A DNA stretch of 64,000 bases from the NCBI GenBank assembly GCA_046729135.1, contig JBKPGB010000078.1, positions 20,086-84,085 of the forward strand, in the 5' to 3' direction. The notes beneath the pieces were generated by a model. It saw only the letters and a list, made by a program, of their open reading frames with translations, was not told the DNA's origin and did no database searches. Each line of letters begins with the position of its first letter. Position 1 is the stretch's first letter. Shown here piece after piece: positions 10,889-20,011 of the stretch. The position numbers and the translations under genes were made by a program. The DNA comes from Thermoproteota archaeon. GTDB taxonomy: Archaea > Thermoproteota > Nitrososphaeria > Nitrososphaerales > Nitrososphaeraceae.

Positions 10889-11965
10889 TTAAATAATTTT
10901 TTTTGATTTAAACAGCTCAGCCAACAATATAGCACCCTTTGCAGAACCCATTTTTTCATTGTGAGTTAAGAGTACATATTTTATACCATTCTTAAACACG
11001 GTATCCTTTCGCAATCTTCCGACAACCGTCGTCATTCCATCATTAATCTCCCTATCAATTCTTGGCTGAGGTCTCGTAGGATCGTCATGAACAATAATAT
11101 AATCTTGTGGTGCAGAAGGCAATTCTCTTATTGATACAGATTTGGAAAAGTTAATCATTGATTCTTTTACCTGATCAGGTAAAGCAGTTTTCTTCAATTC
11201 AGCAAAAACCGATTCAGTATGTCCATCCATTACGGGTACTCTTGTACATGTACAGCTTACCCTTATGGAAGCATTCATGATTGAATTACCATCAAACTTT
11301 CCTAGGATCTTTTTTGTTTCGACTTGAACCTTTTCCTCTTCTTTTGGTATATACGGGATTACATTGTCCATGATATCTAATGCAATTACTCCCGGAGATC
11401 TACCAGCTCCAGAAACAGCCTGCAGTGAAGTCATAAAAACACTTTCCAATCCCATTTCATCCATTAATGGCTTGAGCGTTATGGCCATGCCCGTAGTTGT
11501 ACAGTTAGGTAATGGCGCAATAAAGCCATTCCATTTCCTATTCTTTCTCTGAATGTTTAACAATTCACAGTGTTCATCATTAAGTCCTGGAATTAATATG
11601 GGAACGTCGTCTTCGTATCTAAATGCGGCGGCCGTACTTATTACAGGTACTTCTGATGCCATTCTAGGTTCAATCACTTTCGCATCTTCTGATTCAAGAG
11701 CGGTAAATACAAGATCAACTTTATTTGGGTTTATTTCTTCAACTCTATTTAGGACCATTTCTCTTACATTTTCGGGAATATTTTCCTTATTATGCCATTT
11801 CAGTAGCGAAGTATTTGGATCCCTAAGTGCATCAATGTATCTTTTTCCCGCAGATTTCTCTGACGACGCAATTTGTACCAATTCGAACCATGGATGTTTA
11901 TTGAGTCCAATAACAAATTCTTGGCCTACAGCGCCCGTCGCACCTATTACCGCAACTTTTAACAT
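10889..11965 (-). CDS. asd: Aspartate-semialdehyde dehydrogenase
   Basis: VIGATGAVGQ, PNCTT catalytic Cys, QAVSGAG, CTRVPVMDGH motifs. Confidence 0.96.
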   Translation of the reverse strand: MLKVAVIGATGAVGQEFVIGLNKHPWFELVQIASSEKSAGKRYIDALRDPNTSLLKWHNKENIPENVREMVLNRVEEINPNKVDLVFTALESEDAKVIEPRMASEVPVISTAAAFRYEDDVPILIPGLNDEHCELLNIQRKNRKWNGFIAPLPNCTTTGMAITLKPLMDEMGLESVFMTSLQAVSGAGRSPGVIALDIMDNVIPYIPKEEEKVQVETKKILGKFDGNSIMNASIRVSCTCTRVPVMDGHTESVFAELKKTALPDQVKESMINFSKSVSIRELPSAPQDYIIVHDDPTRPQPRIDREINDGMTTVVGRLRKDTVFKNGIKYVLLTHNEKMGSAKGAILLAELFKSKKII

Positions 11966-12369
11966 AATGTGCGGTTATTCAGAACGCAACTAATATTCGT
12001 TTTCAGAAAGAACATAATCTTATCCATTTTTGTAATGCATACTACATTTATTAAGCCAAAATAATGACTGAAAGCTATAGAGATACAGCAGGACCAAGAA
12101 GGAAAAAATATTATCAGCTATTAGTGAAGTAATAGGTAAGAAATCAAGAGACTGAGAATATTTGGAATTTTATTGGCAGTAACAGTTTTTGCTGCTTCCA
12201 TATCGACTACGAACTGAGGACTATATTATGATTTATTGCACAATTTCTTGCAGGCAAAAGTAAGTGCACATGACTACTTAACCCGTTATTAGTAAGCATA
12301 AGCAAGGCAACATTAATTATTTTGCCATGGAAAAATAATTCGATAAAAAAGATATGTTATATCTGATTT

Positions 12370-13143
12370 TCATCTTGCCAGAAGGTTATCTATGTGTCCT
12401 GTGTGTGTTATCTCTCTATGCTCACATTCTGTTCCTTCAGGTGGATTTAACTCGTTGGCAGAGACGCAAGCAAAAAACAAATCTCCTACTCGGATGGGGC
12501 CAATATCAGGATTCTTGTCATAAAGGAATGGAACGAATAATGTATTGTGATCAGATTTTTTGAGCAACTTTTCTGCATCTACTGTCTTGGACTTTAATTC
12601 CCCTTTAATCATGGTAACCACTTTGAGATCCTTTACGTCTTCTTTTCTATCAGAAAGTGGTATGCCGATTCTAAGAGTTACATCCTTTACTTCCTTACCG
12701 TTGACAGTTTGGAATGACCCAGTAGACAAGGTATTCCTACTCCCTGAACCTATGTTTATTGTATTTTTTCCATTTGGTTGCTCCATATTACCCTCGACAC
12801 AAGAATAAGATTTCATTTCATTTGTAATCGCATTAAGAGCATAGGCACATACAAAATACTCATCGCGATCGCCAGCAGTAACGATGTTATTCTTCTGATT
12901 AAATCGAAATGAAACAGTAGTGCTTTTTGATTTTAGGTCATTACCTGTTACATTTTTAACTTGGGTATCACCGTTAGCAGAGGCTACAACCCTCAGTTTA
13001 CCAACATCATTTAATTTTTGTAGATTTATTTTAGCGTCAATTGAAAAATCGCCCTTTGCACTGACGGAAGGAAGCATTAATGTCAGTCCAAAAGTCACTA
13101 TAAGTATGGCTCCAATTATATTTGGCAGTTTTCTCGGAATCAT
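12370..13143 (-). CDS. Secreted hypothetical protein with two related beta-rich domains
   Basis: N-terminal signal peptide; two halves each with a Cys pair (YFVCAY...SCVEG; FFACVS...ECEHR). Confidence 0.7.
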   Translation of the reverse strand: MIPRKLPNIIGAILIVTFGLTLMLPSVSAKGDFSIDAKINLQKLNDVGKLRVVASANGDTQVKNVTGNDLKSKSTTVSFRFNQKNNIVTAGDRDEYFVCAYALNAITNEMKSYSCVEGNMEQPNGKNTINIGSGSRNTLSTGSFQTVNGKEVKDVTLRIGIPLSDRKEDVKDLKVVTMIKGELKSKTVDAEKLLKKSDHNTLFVPFLYDKNPDIGPIRVGDLFFACVSANELNPPEGTECEHREITHTGHIDNLLAR

Positions 13144-13284
13144 TCCAATTCTATGATTAAAGAATTTTTCTTTCTATTAACTTTAGTGGTATTAGATTTC
13201 AGTTCTTTATCAATTTAAGATCAATACTCGCATATCCTAAGATGGAGATGTATTCCGTTTAGGTGCCGCAAGTTAATTTATCTT

Positions 13285-13428
13285 TTAGGCAGGTGAATGT
13301 TTGATTTCCTCTGGAGTTCCTACGGGACTTTCCTTCTTAGCAAGTCTCTTAGCTCTCGATCCAAACAAGATTGCAACGAATGCAATAAAGACACCGAACA
13401 CGATGGCGTATGATATCAGTGCATCCAT
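13285..13428 (-). CDS. Small single-TM protein (47 aa), not in the ORF track
   Basis: Manual translation: MDALISYAIVFGVFIAFVAILFGSRAKRLAKKESPVGTPEEIKHSPA; hydrophobic helix followed by basic residues. Confidence 0.65.
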   Translation of the reverse strand: MDALISYAIVFGVFIAFVAILFGSRAKRLAKKESPVGTPEEIKHSPA

Positions 13429-13744
13429 AGATTTAATAATATAATACACAAAGCTTGAGATAAGTATTATAAATCAGGCAAAAAATGTTAATTAAATTAA
13501 ACTTGTCGTCCAAAAACAGAAAAAATTAGACCTTTGTGAAATGTTCGGCTTAACCGGAAGATAGAGACGAGATTTCTTTATTACTCGCTTGGTAGAATTA
13601 AATAAGACAAATGAATAATAGAATTAATTTAATTTTTGACTTTAGCTTTGCCCATTTTACTGAAAAATTTCGTCTTAGTCTTATAGAATTTAGCTTGCAA
13701 GACTTTATCCATTCATGCTATATAACACCTCATATGGAATTTGA

Positions 13745-14812
13745 ATGATCCAATATTCTTGTTCTCATGGCGGGGTCTATTCTGTAAATCCCAGCCTAGT
13801 AAAAATTGATTTCAGTTCCAGTATTAATCCATTAGGGATATCAAAGAAGGTTTTAAATGTCCTAAGAAAGAATCTACCAAAGATTTCATCAATTTATCCA
13901 GATAATGAAAATACAATTCTAAAAAAAAAAATTATAGACTATTTGGGCAGTACCTTAACTCAGGACTCAATTAACATAGGAAATGGAGCAACAGAATTAA
14001 TTTATAACTTTGTAAGAACATTTGTCAGGAAACAAGTAGTAATACCGTCCCCGACATTTTGTGAGTATGAGATGGCATCAAGAAAATTAGGCGCTAAAAT
14101 TAAGCATGTCCCGCTTAAGAATTGGAAGCTAGATATTGATAGTATTTTGGAAACATCGAAAAATTCTGAGGCAATTTTCTTGTGCAATCCGAACAATCCG
14201 ACTGGACTATTTTCATACCATTTAATAGAAAGATTAATAGAAGGAATAGACGATTCCATAAAGATTCTCATAGATGAGAGCTTTATTGAATTTGTTGATG
14301 AGAAGAAGCATGCAAGAACTTTCATTGAAAAAATTAACGAATTTAAAAATATAGTTATCTTACGTTCAATGACAAAATCTTTTGGGCTTGCAGGATTAAG
14401 ATTGGGTTACTGTGTTTCCCACCCAAGTATCGCAAGGAAAATATCGCTTAACAAAATAACATGGAATGTTAATGGACTAGCCCAACTAGCCGGTGTTACT
14501 GCGTTAGAAAATCTATCCCATTTAAGAAGGGCAAGAAAAATCATAAAATCTGAACGTGAGTTTATGCATATTAAGATAAATAATAAATTAAGCTCGTTTT
14601 CAGCAAACGAATCAGATGTAAATTATTATATGATCCATTTGCATCACGGTAACTCAACGCAAATTAGGGATTTACTACTTAAAAAAAATGGCATCCTTGT
14701 TAGAGATTGTAGTGATTTTAAGGGGATAAACGACAAGTACATTAGAGTTGCGGTGAAGACCCACAATGAAAATTTGGAGCTACTCAATTCATTGGAGGCC
14801 ATCGATAAATGA
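13745..14812 (+). CDS. cobD: L-threonine-O-3-phosphate decarboxylase (PLP-dependent, CobD)
   Basis: SHGG, DFSSSINPLG, GNGATE, CNPNNPTG, RSMTKSFGLAGLRLGY motifs; first gene of the cob operon. Confidence 0.85.
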   Translation: MIQYSCSHGGVYSVNPSLVKIDFSSSINPLGISKKVLNVLRKNLPKISSIYPDNENTILKKKIIDYLGSTLTQDSINIGNGATELIYNFVRTFVRKQVVIPSPTFCEYEMASRKLGAKIKHVPLKNWKLDIDSILETSKNSEAIFLCNPNNPTGLFSYHLIERLIEGIDDSIKILIDESFIEFVDEKKHARTFIEKINEFKNIVILRSMTKSFGLAGLRLGYCVSHPSIARKISLNKITWNVNGLAQLAGVTALENLSHLRRARKIIKSEREFMHIKINNKLSSFSANESDVNYYMIHLHHGNSTQIRDLLLKKNGILVRDCSDFKGINDKYIRVAVKTHNENLELLNSLEAIDK

Positions 14813-15672
14813 AAGCAAATATGCTGATGATACAAGGAACTTCTTCAGGGGCTGGAAAGAGTACTATGGTAGTAGCCCTGTGCAGAATATTCTCCAACAT
14901 GGGATATAAGGTATGTCCATTTAAAGCCCAAAATATGACTTCGAATTTTTATGTTCTTAAAGAAAACCACTCAGTAAAGGCAATGGCAAGAATACAAGCT
15001 GTTCAAGCCATTGCGGCTCGAGTACAACCAGACATTAGAATGAATCCAATTCTTTTGAAACCTCTCGGAAATAATATAAGTGAGATCATTTTGGGGGGGT
15101 TAAAGAATTTGTGCATGAGTGCAGAAGAATACTACACTAGTTTTGTTCTTCAAAAAGGATTTCCTAAGGTTCTACAAGATTTAGAGAGTCTTGGGAAGGA
15201 AAATGATCTAATTTTAATAGAAGGTGCAGGCTCCCCTGCAGAAATTAATTTGTCAAATTATGATATAGCAAATATGATCCTTGCCGAAAAAATTAAATCT
15301 AAAGTATTATTGGTAGCAGACATTGAACGTGGGGGATGCTTTGCGGCGATAGTTGGAACGATAAAACTATTGCCAGCTTCACAAAGAAAATTTGTAAAAG
15401 GTATAATAATTAACAAGTTTCTAGGACAAAAATCTATACTAAATAAAGCAATAATATCTGTTGAAGAAATGACAAAAAAGAAGGTCCTAGGAGTAATTCC
15501 GAAAGCAGAGTTCAATATTCCAAATGAAGATTCATTGGATCAAAAGAGATCAAAATCCTCGTTTAGTAAGAGCTACCTTGATGAGCAAATTGACAACGTT
15601 GCATCCACTTTTAAAAAAAACACTGATATGAAATATCTTTTGAATATTGTAAAAATGAATCATGATCTCTGA
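14809..15672 (+). CDS. cobQ: Cobyric acid synthase, synthase domain only
   Basis: QGTSSGAGKS, PFKAQNM, NPILLKP, EGAGSPAEINL, DIERGG; ends shortly after PNEDSL. Confidence 0.9.
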   Translation: MKANMLMIQGTSSGAGKSTMVVALCRIFSNMGYKVCPFKAQNMTSNFYVLKENHSVKAMARIQAVQAIAARVQPDIRMNPILLKPLGNNISEIILGGLKNLCMSAEEYYTSFVLQKGFPKVLQDLESLGKENDLILIEGAGSPAEINLSNYDIANMILAEKIKSKVLLVADIERGGCFAAIVGTIKLLPASQRKFVKGIIINKFLGQKSILNKAIISVEEMTKKKVLGVIPKAEFNIPNEDSLDQKRSKSSFSKSYLDEQIDNVASTFKKNTDMKYLLNIVKMNHDL

Positions 15673-16636
15673 ATTTATTTTATTAACGCTTGCTGGGGGC
15701 ATTGCACTTTCTTTCTTACTTGTCGATCCTCCAAACAGGATTCATCCTGTCGCATGGTTTGGAAAACTTGTAAGCTACTTTATACCAAAATTAAAGCACA
15801 AATCTAGTCCTAAAGAGGAAAAACTAAAGGGTATAATTTTTGCCTTGATTTTGACGTTCGGGATTTCTGTGGTGTCATATTACTTTTCAATTACCCTCTA
15901 CAAATTATTTGGAATAATTGCATTGTTGATATTCTCACTCTTAGTACTAAAATTCACAATGGCAATCCTTACTTTAGAGAAACATATAAGTGCGGTAATT
16001 TATGCATTGGAAGAAAAAAATCTGACTGATGCAAGAAAGAACCTTTCATTTATTGTAGGAAGAAAGACTGATACTCTTGATAGGGAACATATAATATCTG
16101 CTACAATAGAATCGATTGGAGAAAGTCTGGTAGATGGAATAGGATCCGTATTATTCTACTACTCGCTATTTGGTCCTCCAGGTGCAATTGCTTATCGAAT
16201 TATTAATACGCTTGATTCAATGATAGGTTATACGGATAAGTATCATTATGATATAGGGTGGATGGCAGCAAAGCTAGATACTATTTCAAACTATGTTCCG
16301 GCACGATTGTGTGGATTATTGCTAGTAATTTCTTCAAAGATAGTCGGGGCAGATTGGAAAAATTCAATATTGATTATGCGCAAAGATCACAAAAATACAC
16401 CTAGTCTTAATGGTGGATATCCAATGTCTGCGTTGGCAGGGGCCCTCAGAGTGAGGTTAGAAAAAGTTGGATATTACGAATTGGGTAAAAATATCGAGCC
16501 CCTATCTATTGAAAAATGTAAAAATGCCCTGAACATGGTAAAATTATCAGTCATCTTGTTTTTTGTTATTGTATCATTACCTATGGTTTTGTTATTGTCA
16601 TTTCTGGGATGGTGGGACATTCTGTATGGTATTTAA
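15662..16636 (+). CDS. cbiB: Adenosylcobinamide-phosphate synthase CbiB
   Basis: DPP..IHPVAW.G, ATIESIGES..DG, YRIINTLDSMIGY, D.I.NYVPARL, SLNGGYP motifs. Confidence 0.94.
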   Translation: MISEFILLTLAGGIALSFLLVDPPNRIHPVAWFGKLVSYFIPKLKHKSSPKEEKLKGIIFALILTFGISVVSYYFSITLYKLFGIIALLIFSLLVLKFTMAILTLEKHISAVIYALEEKNLTDARKNLSFIVGRKTDTLDREHIISATIESIGESLVDGIGSVLFYYSLFGPPGAIAYRIINTLDSMIGYTDKYHYDIGWMAAKLDTISNYVPARLCGLLLVISSKIVGADWKNSILIMRKDHKNTPSLNGGYPMSALAGALRVRLEKVGYYELGKNIEPLSIEKCKNALNMVKLSVILFFVIVSLPMVLLLSFLGWWDILYGI

Positions 16637-17372
16637 GTCATTTATCTCTGTTCTCTCTTTTTTGACAATCATTCCAATGCCAAAGGAGTATAATTTTGAT
16701 CTAGATATCATTGCAAGGAACATGTATTTTTTTCCACTTTGTGGAGCGATAATCGGGATAATTGTAGGTTTCGTAGCACTGTTGTCCTCTACTTACCTTC
16801 CACAATACGTCACGAGTTTAGTAGTATTGGTAACATTTGTTCTAATTACTGGTGTTCATCACATAGATGGATTAGCCGATTTTGCCGATGGGCTAATGGT
16901 TAAGGGGGATAGGGAATCTAAGCGAAAAGCAATGTCTGATCCAATAGTAGGAGCCGCAGGAGCTACTGCATTAATTATTAATTTCATAGGTCTATTTATT
17001 GCATTATTAAATTTTGAATCCTCACTTAGATTACTCTACTCCATTATTGTTTCCGAGATAATAGCAAAATATGTCATGGTAATGCAGGCATCTGTCGGAC
17101 ATTCTGCTTGGCCAGGTTTTAGTTCCTCATTTACCGTTGAGATGAAAAAAGTAAGCAAAATAATTATATCTGCTGTTATCGCTGTATTATTAGTATTCGT
17201 TATAGGAGGTATGATAGGTTTACTAACTTTAGGGATTGTAATAGTTATAGGTCTTATCATTTATGTTGTGTCTTACAAGAATTTTGGAGGAGTAAGCGGT
17301 GATACTTTCGGGGCTTCAAATGAAATTTGTCGTTTATCATCATTACTGATATTATCCACATTGACAATCTGA
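16626..17372 (+). CDS. cobS: Adenosylcobinamide-GDP ribazoletransferase (cobalamin synthase)
   Basis: SFLTIIP, TG.HHIDGLADFADG, MSDP.VGAAG, FGGVSGDTFGA; start moved to the in-frame ATG at 16626. Confidence 0.93.
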   Translation: MVFKSFISVLSFLTIIPMPKEYNFDLDIIARNMYFFPLCGAIIGIIVGFVALLSSTYLPQYVTSLVVLVTFVLITGVHHIDGLADFADGLMVKGDRESKRKAMSDPIVGAAGATALIINFIGLFIALLNFESSLRLLYSIIVSEIIAKYVMVMQASVGHSAWPGFSSSFTVEMKKVSKIIISAVIAVLLVFVIGGMIGLLTLGIVIVIGLIIYVVSYKNFGGVSGDTFGASNEICRLSSLLILSTLTI

Positions 17373-17374
17373 AA

Positions 17375-18016
17375 ATGACGCAAGATATGTTAGCGCTGAT
17401 TATGTGCGGTGGTAAAGGTGAAAGAATTAAGGATTTCTGTTCGGACAAAGCTATGCTCAAACTTAATAATGTACCATTAATTGAGCACATTCTAGTATCT
17501 TTAAAAGATTCTAAAAAATTTGATAGAATATATGCAGCTGGAAGTTGCAATAGTAAATTTACCCTGAATTTTCTAAAAAATCATCGATATTCATTTAGTA
17601 GATTTCTTGAGATTATAGAGACAAGTGGCATTGACTACTCGACTGATCTAATATTTGTTTTAGAAAAATTGAAACCTTCAACTGTTTTTGTCTTGCCTTC
17701 AGATATGCCATTAATTACTCCGGAATTGATTGAGAAAATAATTGCTACTTGGGAGGGTGACAAGCAGTGTATCTCGATAGTAATGGATAAGGAGTTCATA
17801 ACAAAATTGGGCCTGGACCCTACCATCTCAATAAAATTAGAAAACAAAGAGTACTTTCACTCCGGAATAACGATTTTTGATTCGTCCAAAATACAAAAGG
17901 GGCAGGTAATCAAAGAACAGTACATAACATTAAATGATGAAAGACTGGCATTTAACATAAATACAAAAAAAGATTACTTCTTAGTAAGTTCTAAAAAATT
18001 TAATCAAGGATACTAA
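17375..18016 (+). CDS. cobY: GTP:adenosylcobinamide-phosphate guanylyltransferase
   Basis: ALIMCGGKGERI...K, SDMPLI and NINT..D NTP-transferase motifs; cob operon context; start moved to ATG 17375. Confidence 0.85.
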   Translation: MTQDMLALIMCGGKGERIKDFCSDKAMLKLNNVPLIEHILVSLKDSKKFDRIYAAGSCNSKFTLNFLKNHRYSFSRFLEIIETSGIDYSTDLIFVLEKLKPSTVFVLPSDMPLITPELIEKIIATWEGDKQCISIVMDKEFITKLGLDPTISIKLENKEYFHSGITIFDSSKIQKGQVIKEQYITLNDERLAFNINTKKDYFLVSSKKFNQGY

Positions 18017-18197
18017 TGATTTCTCCAAGGATCGCCGATTTTCCGCCAGTTTTTTTCGCTATCGGATTTCCACATGACTTGCAATTGATGTCACTCGTTG
18101 CATGGGAAAAAATAACTTGCTTTTCCTGACAACTTGTGCATCGTACAGATAAAAAGTTGCTTCTTGGTTTTGGAATCAAAATATTTTCTTTTCTCAT
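18000..18197 (-). CDS. rps27e: 30S ribosomal protein S27e
   Basis: PKPRSNFLSVRCTSC...QVIFSH...C.SCG..IA..TGGK. Confidence 0.96.
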   Translation of the reverse strand: MRKENILIPKPRSNFLSVRCTSCQEKQVIFSHATSDINCKSCGNPIAKKTGGKSAILGEIISILD

Positions 18198-18210
18198 TGC
18201 ACGTCACAAA

Positions 18211-18489
18211 TTAAGGTTCAATCTCTAGCTTGCGCATTCGCATACCTTCCTTCATTGTTTTACGCTGACAATTTTTACAAGTATATCTAAGGGTAATTTT
18301 CTTTGTAGTTTTAGCAGTTCTTTTTAGCTCTGGAAATTTTTGCCCACCATATCCCTTTTTGTCCTCTGCATGTCGTCTTGCCCCTTGAGCTGTTTTTCTA
18401 TCTTTGCCTTTCTTATATATGGCCACTGATTGAACTGTATGTTTCTTACACTTTGGACAGAATTTTTTCAACTCTTTCTGCATTTTCAT
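18211..18489 (-). CDS. rpl44e: 50S ribosomal protein L44e
   Basis: FCPKCKKHT, GYGGQKFP, KTTKKI.L...C.NC. Confidence 0.96.
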   Translation of the reverse strand: MKMQKELKKFCPKCKKHTVQSVAIYKKGKDRKTAQGARRHAEDKKGYGGQKFPELKRTAKTTKKITLRYTCKNCQRKTMKEGMRMRKLEIEP

Positions 18490-18664
18490 ATTGTCAAATA
18501 GTCCCTAACGGGTAATTTAAGGGCAACGAAGAATCTATTATTCAACTCCTTTCTGATAATAAGAAAGAACAAGAAATTCTAGCTATAGTCTTTAAGAGAA
18601 TCTTATTTGTTCCTAATTGTTGGAGAAAATCTAATATACTGATTACTTTATACCACTGTTAATA

Positions 18665-18790
18665 ATGTTCGAAAGCATAATTCAACAAACCTTCTCTGGT
18701 GAAAGCTTCGGAGTATGGATACCCTTGGCATTCGGATTGTCAGTTGGTTTAATATATGCAATAATATCCGGACTACGACACAGAAAGTAG
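18665..18790 (+). CDS. Small single-TM protein (41 aa), not in the ORF track
   Basis: Manual translation: MFESIIQQTFSGESFGVWIPLAFGLSVGLIYAIISGLRHRK; TM helix with basic tail, followed by a T-rich tract. Confidence 0.6.
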   Translation: MFESIIQQTFSGESFGVWIPLAFGLSVGLIYAIISGLRHRK

Positions 18791-18846
18791 CATCCCCCCA
18801 GACCTTTTTCTTTTTATTATAATTACTAAAAAACAGGTCTCTCATC

Positions 18847-19260
18847 ATGGTTAAGAAAATAGTAAATGGTGCTGCGAAGGAAAGGAAAATTAGAGTAAAT
18901 GTGGGCCAGAGTACAAGTTTTTTGTGGAAAGGGGAGAACGTATTTTCAACCCCTTCTATGATTTCGGAAATGGAAGAAACCTGTAGGTTGTTGTTAAAGG
19001 AAGAATTTTTGCAAGATGAGGAATGGGATTCGGTAGGAACTCTGGTTAATATCAGGCACTTGAAAGCAACTCCCGTTGGGGCAGAAATTAAATTAAAAGC
19101 TAAAGTAGTCAGTGTCAATAACCGAAGGGTTACTTTTGAAGTAGATGCGGTGGATAAAATCGAAAAAATAGGTGAAGGAATCCATGAAAGAACAATTATT
19201 AACGTTCAAGAATTCAGAGAAAGGTTTAACACTAAATTAAAAAAATTAGATGCGATGTAA
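18847..19260 (+). CDS. Hotdog-fold thioesterase (FlK-like)
   Basis: VFSTP.MI..MEE.C, SVGT.VNIRHL.ATPVG, IGEG.HER motifs. Confidence 0.88.
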   Translation: MVKKIVNGAAKERKIRVNVGQSTSFLWKGENVFSTPSMISEMEETCRLLLKEEFLQDEEWDSVGTLVNIRHLKATPVGAEIKLKAKVVSVNNRRVTFEVDAVDKIEKIGEGIHERTIINVQEFRERFNTKLKKLDAM

Positions 19261-19360
19261 TCTAATAAGCCAACTAATTAGAGATCGATTTGCTATAATT
19301 TCACAATAGAAACTTAGGAAAATTATTTGAGCTCGGATAAGGCGAAATGATGTTAGTGAA

Positions 19361-19374
19361 TAAAAGTTTATATG
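19361..19374 (+). promoter_or_regulatory. BRE/TATA promoter of the complex III operon (probably leaderless)
   Basis: taaaagTTTATATg about 26-33 nt upstream of the ATG at 19400. Confidence 0.6.
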
Positions 19375-19399
19375 ATATATTTCGAGTCTGTAGATTTGT

Positions 19400-20011
19400 A
19401 TGGCTCAGCAGCCTTCTCCGAAAAGTGGAGGTAAGGTATCAAGACGTGATTTCATAAAACTCATGGCTGCTGCAGGTACAGTATTGACTTTTGCGCCTTT
19501 TGTTGACTGGGGAAAATTTCTTCCAAATCCAACTGGACAATCAAAAGAAAGACAAAAGGTGGAACTTCCTGACGGTTCTCAAGCTAATGTCAATAATTTT
19601 CCGGTTAACCACTCAGAGGCTGTGATATATCCTAAAACCAATGATCCAGCATTGAATAAGGAATCATTTCGTACATGGCAATTCATTAGATTGCCTGAAG
19701 AACTTGGCGGTAAAAAGAATGACGTATCTGCCTTTAGACTATACAGCATGGTGTGTCTACATCTTTGGTGTCTCTGGAAATATTGGCCACAAGAGGGAAG
19801 AAAAAGAGGTGAATGTCCATGCCACGGAAGCATGTATGATCCTCTTACTGGTAAATCATTTGCAGGTCCTGCTTCTCTGCAGGCCCCTCCTAATAATGTA
19901 TTACCTAGATTAGATTTAGAGATTGCTACCGATGGTAACATGTGGATTAAACCTCCGAATTGGAGCGTTAATGGGAATGGGATAGTAGGTTATGGGCGTT
20001 ACCTTACATAA
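19400..20011 (+). CDS. Rieske 2Fe-2S subunit of complex III
   Basis: Tat signal SRRDFIK; box I CLHLWC and box II CPCHGS. Confidence 0.96.
   Translation: MAQQPSPKSGGKVSRRDFIKLMAAAGTVLTFAPFVDWGKFLPNPTGQSKERQKVELPDGSQANVNNFPVNHSEAVIYPKTNDPALNKESFRTWQFIRLPEELGGKKNDVSAFRLYSMVCLHLWCLWKYWPQEGRKRGECPCHGSMYDPLTGKSFAGPASLQAPPNNVLPRLDLEIATDGNMWIKPPNWSVNGNGIVGYGRYLT

Noticed and set aside
18648-19118. 156-aa minus-strand ORF
   Set aside because: Antisense shadow of the thioesterase and the 41-aa membrane ORF; no motif.
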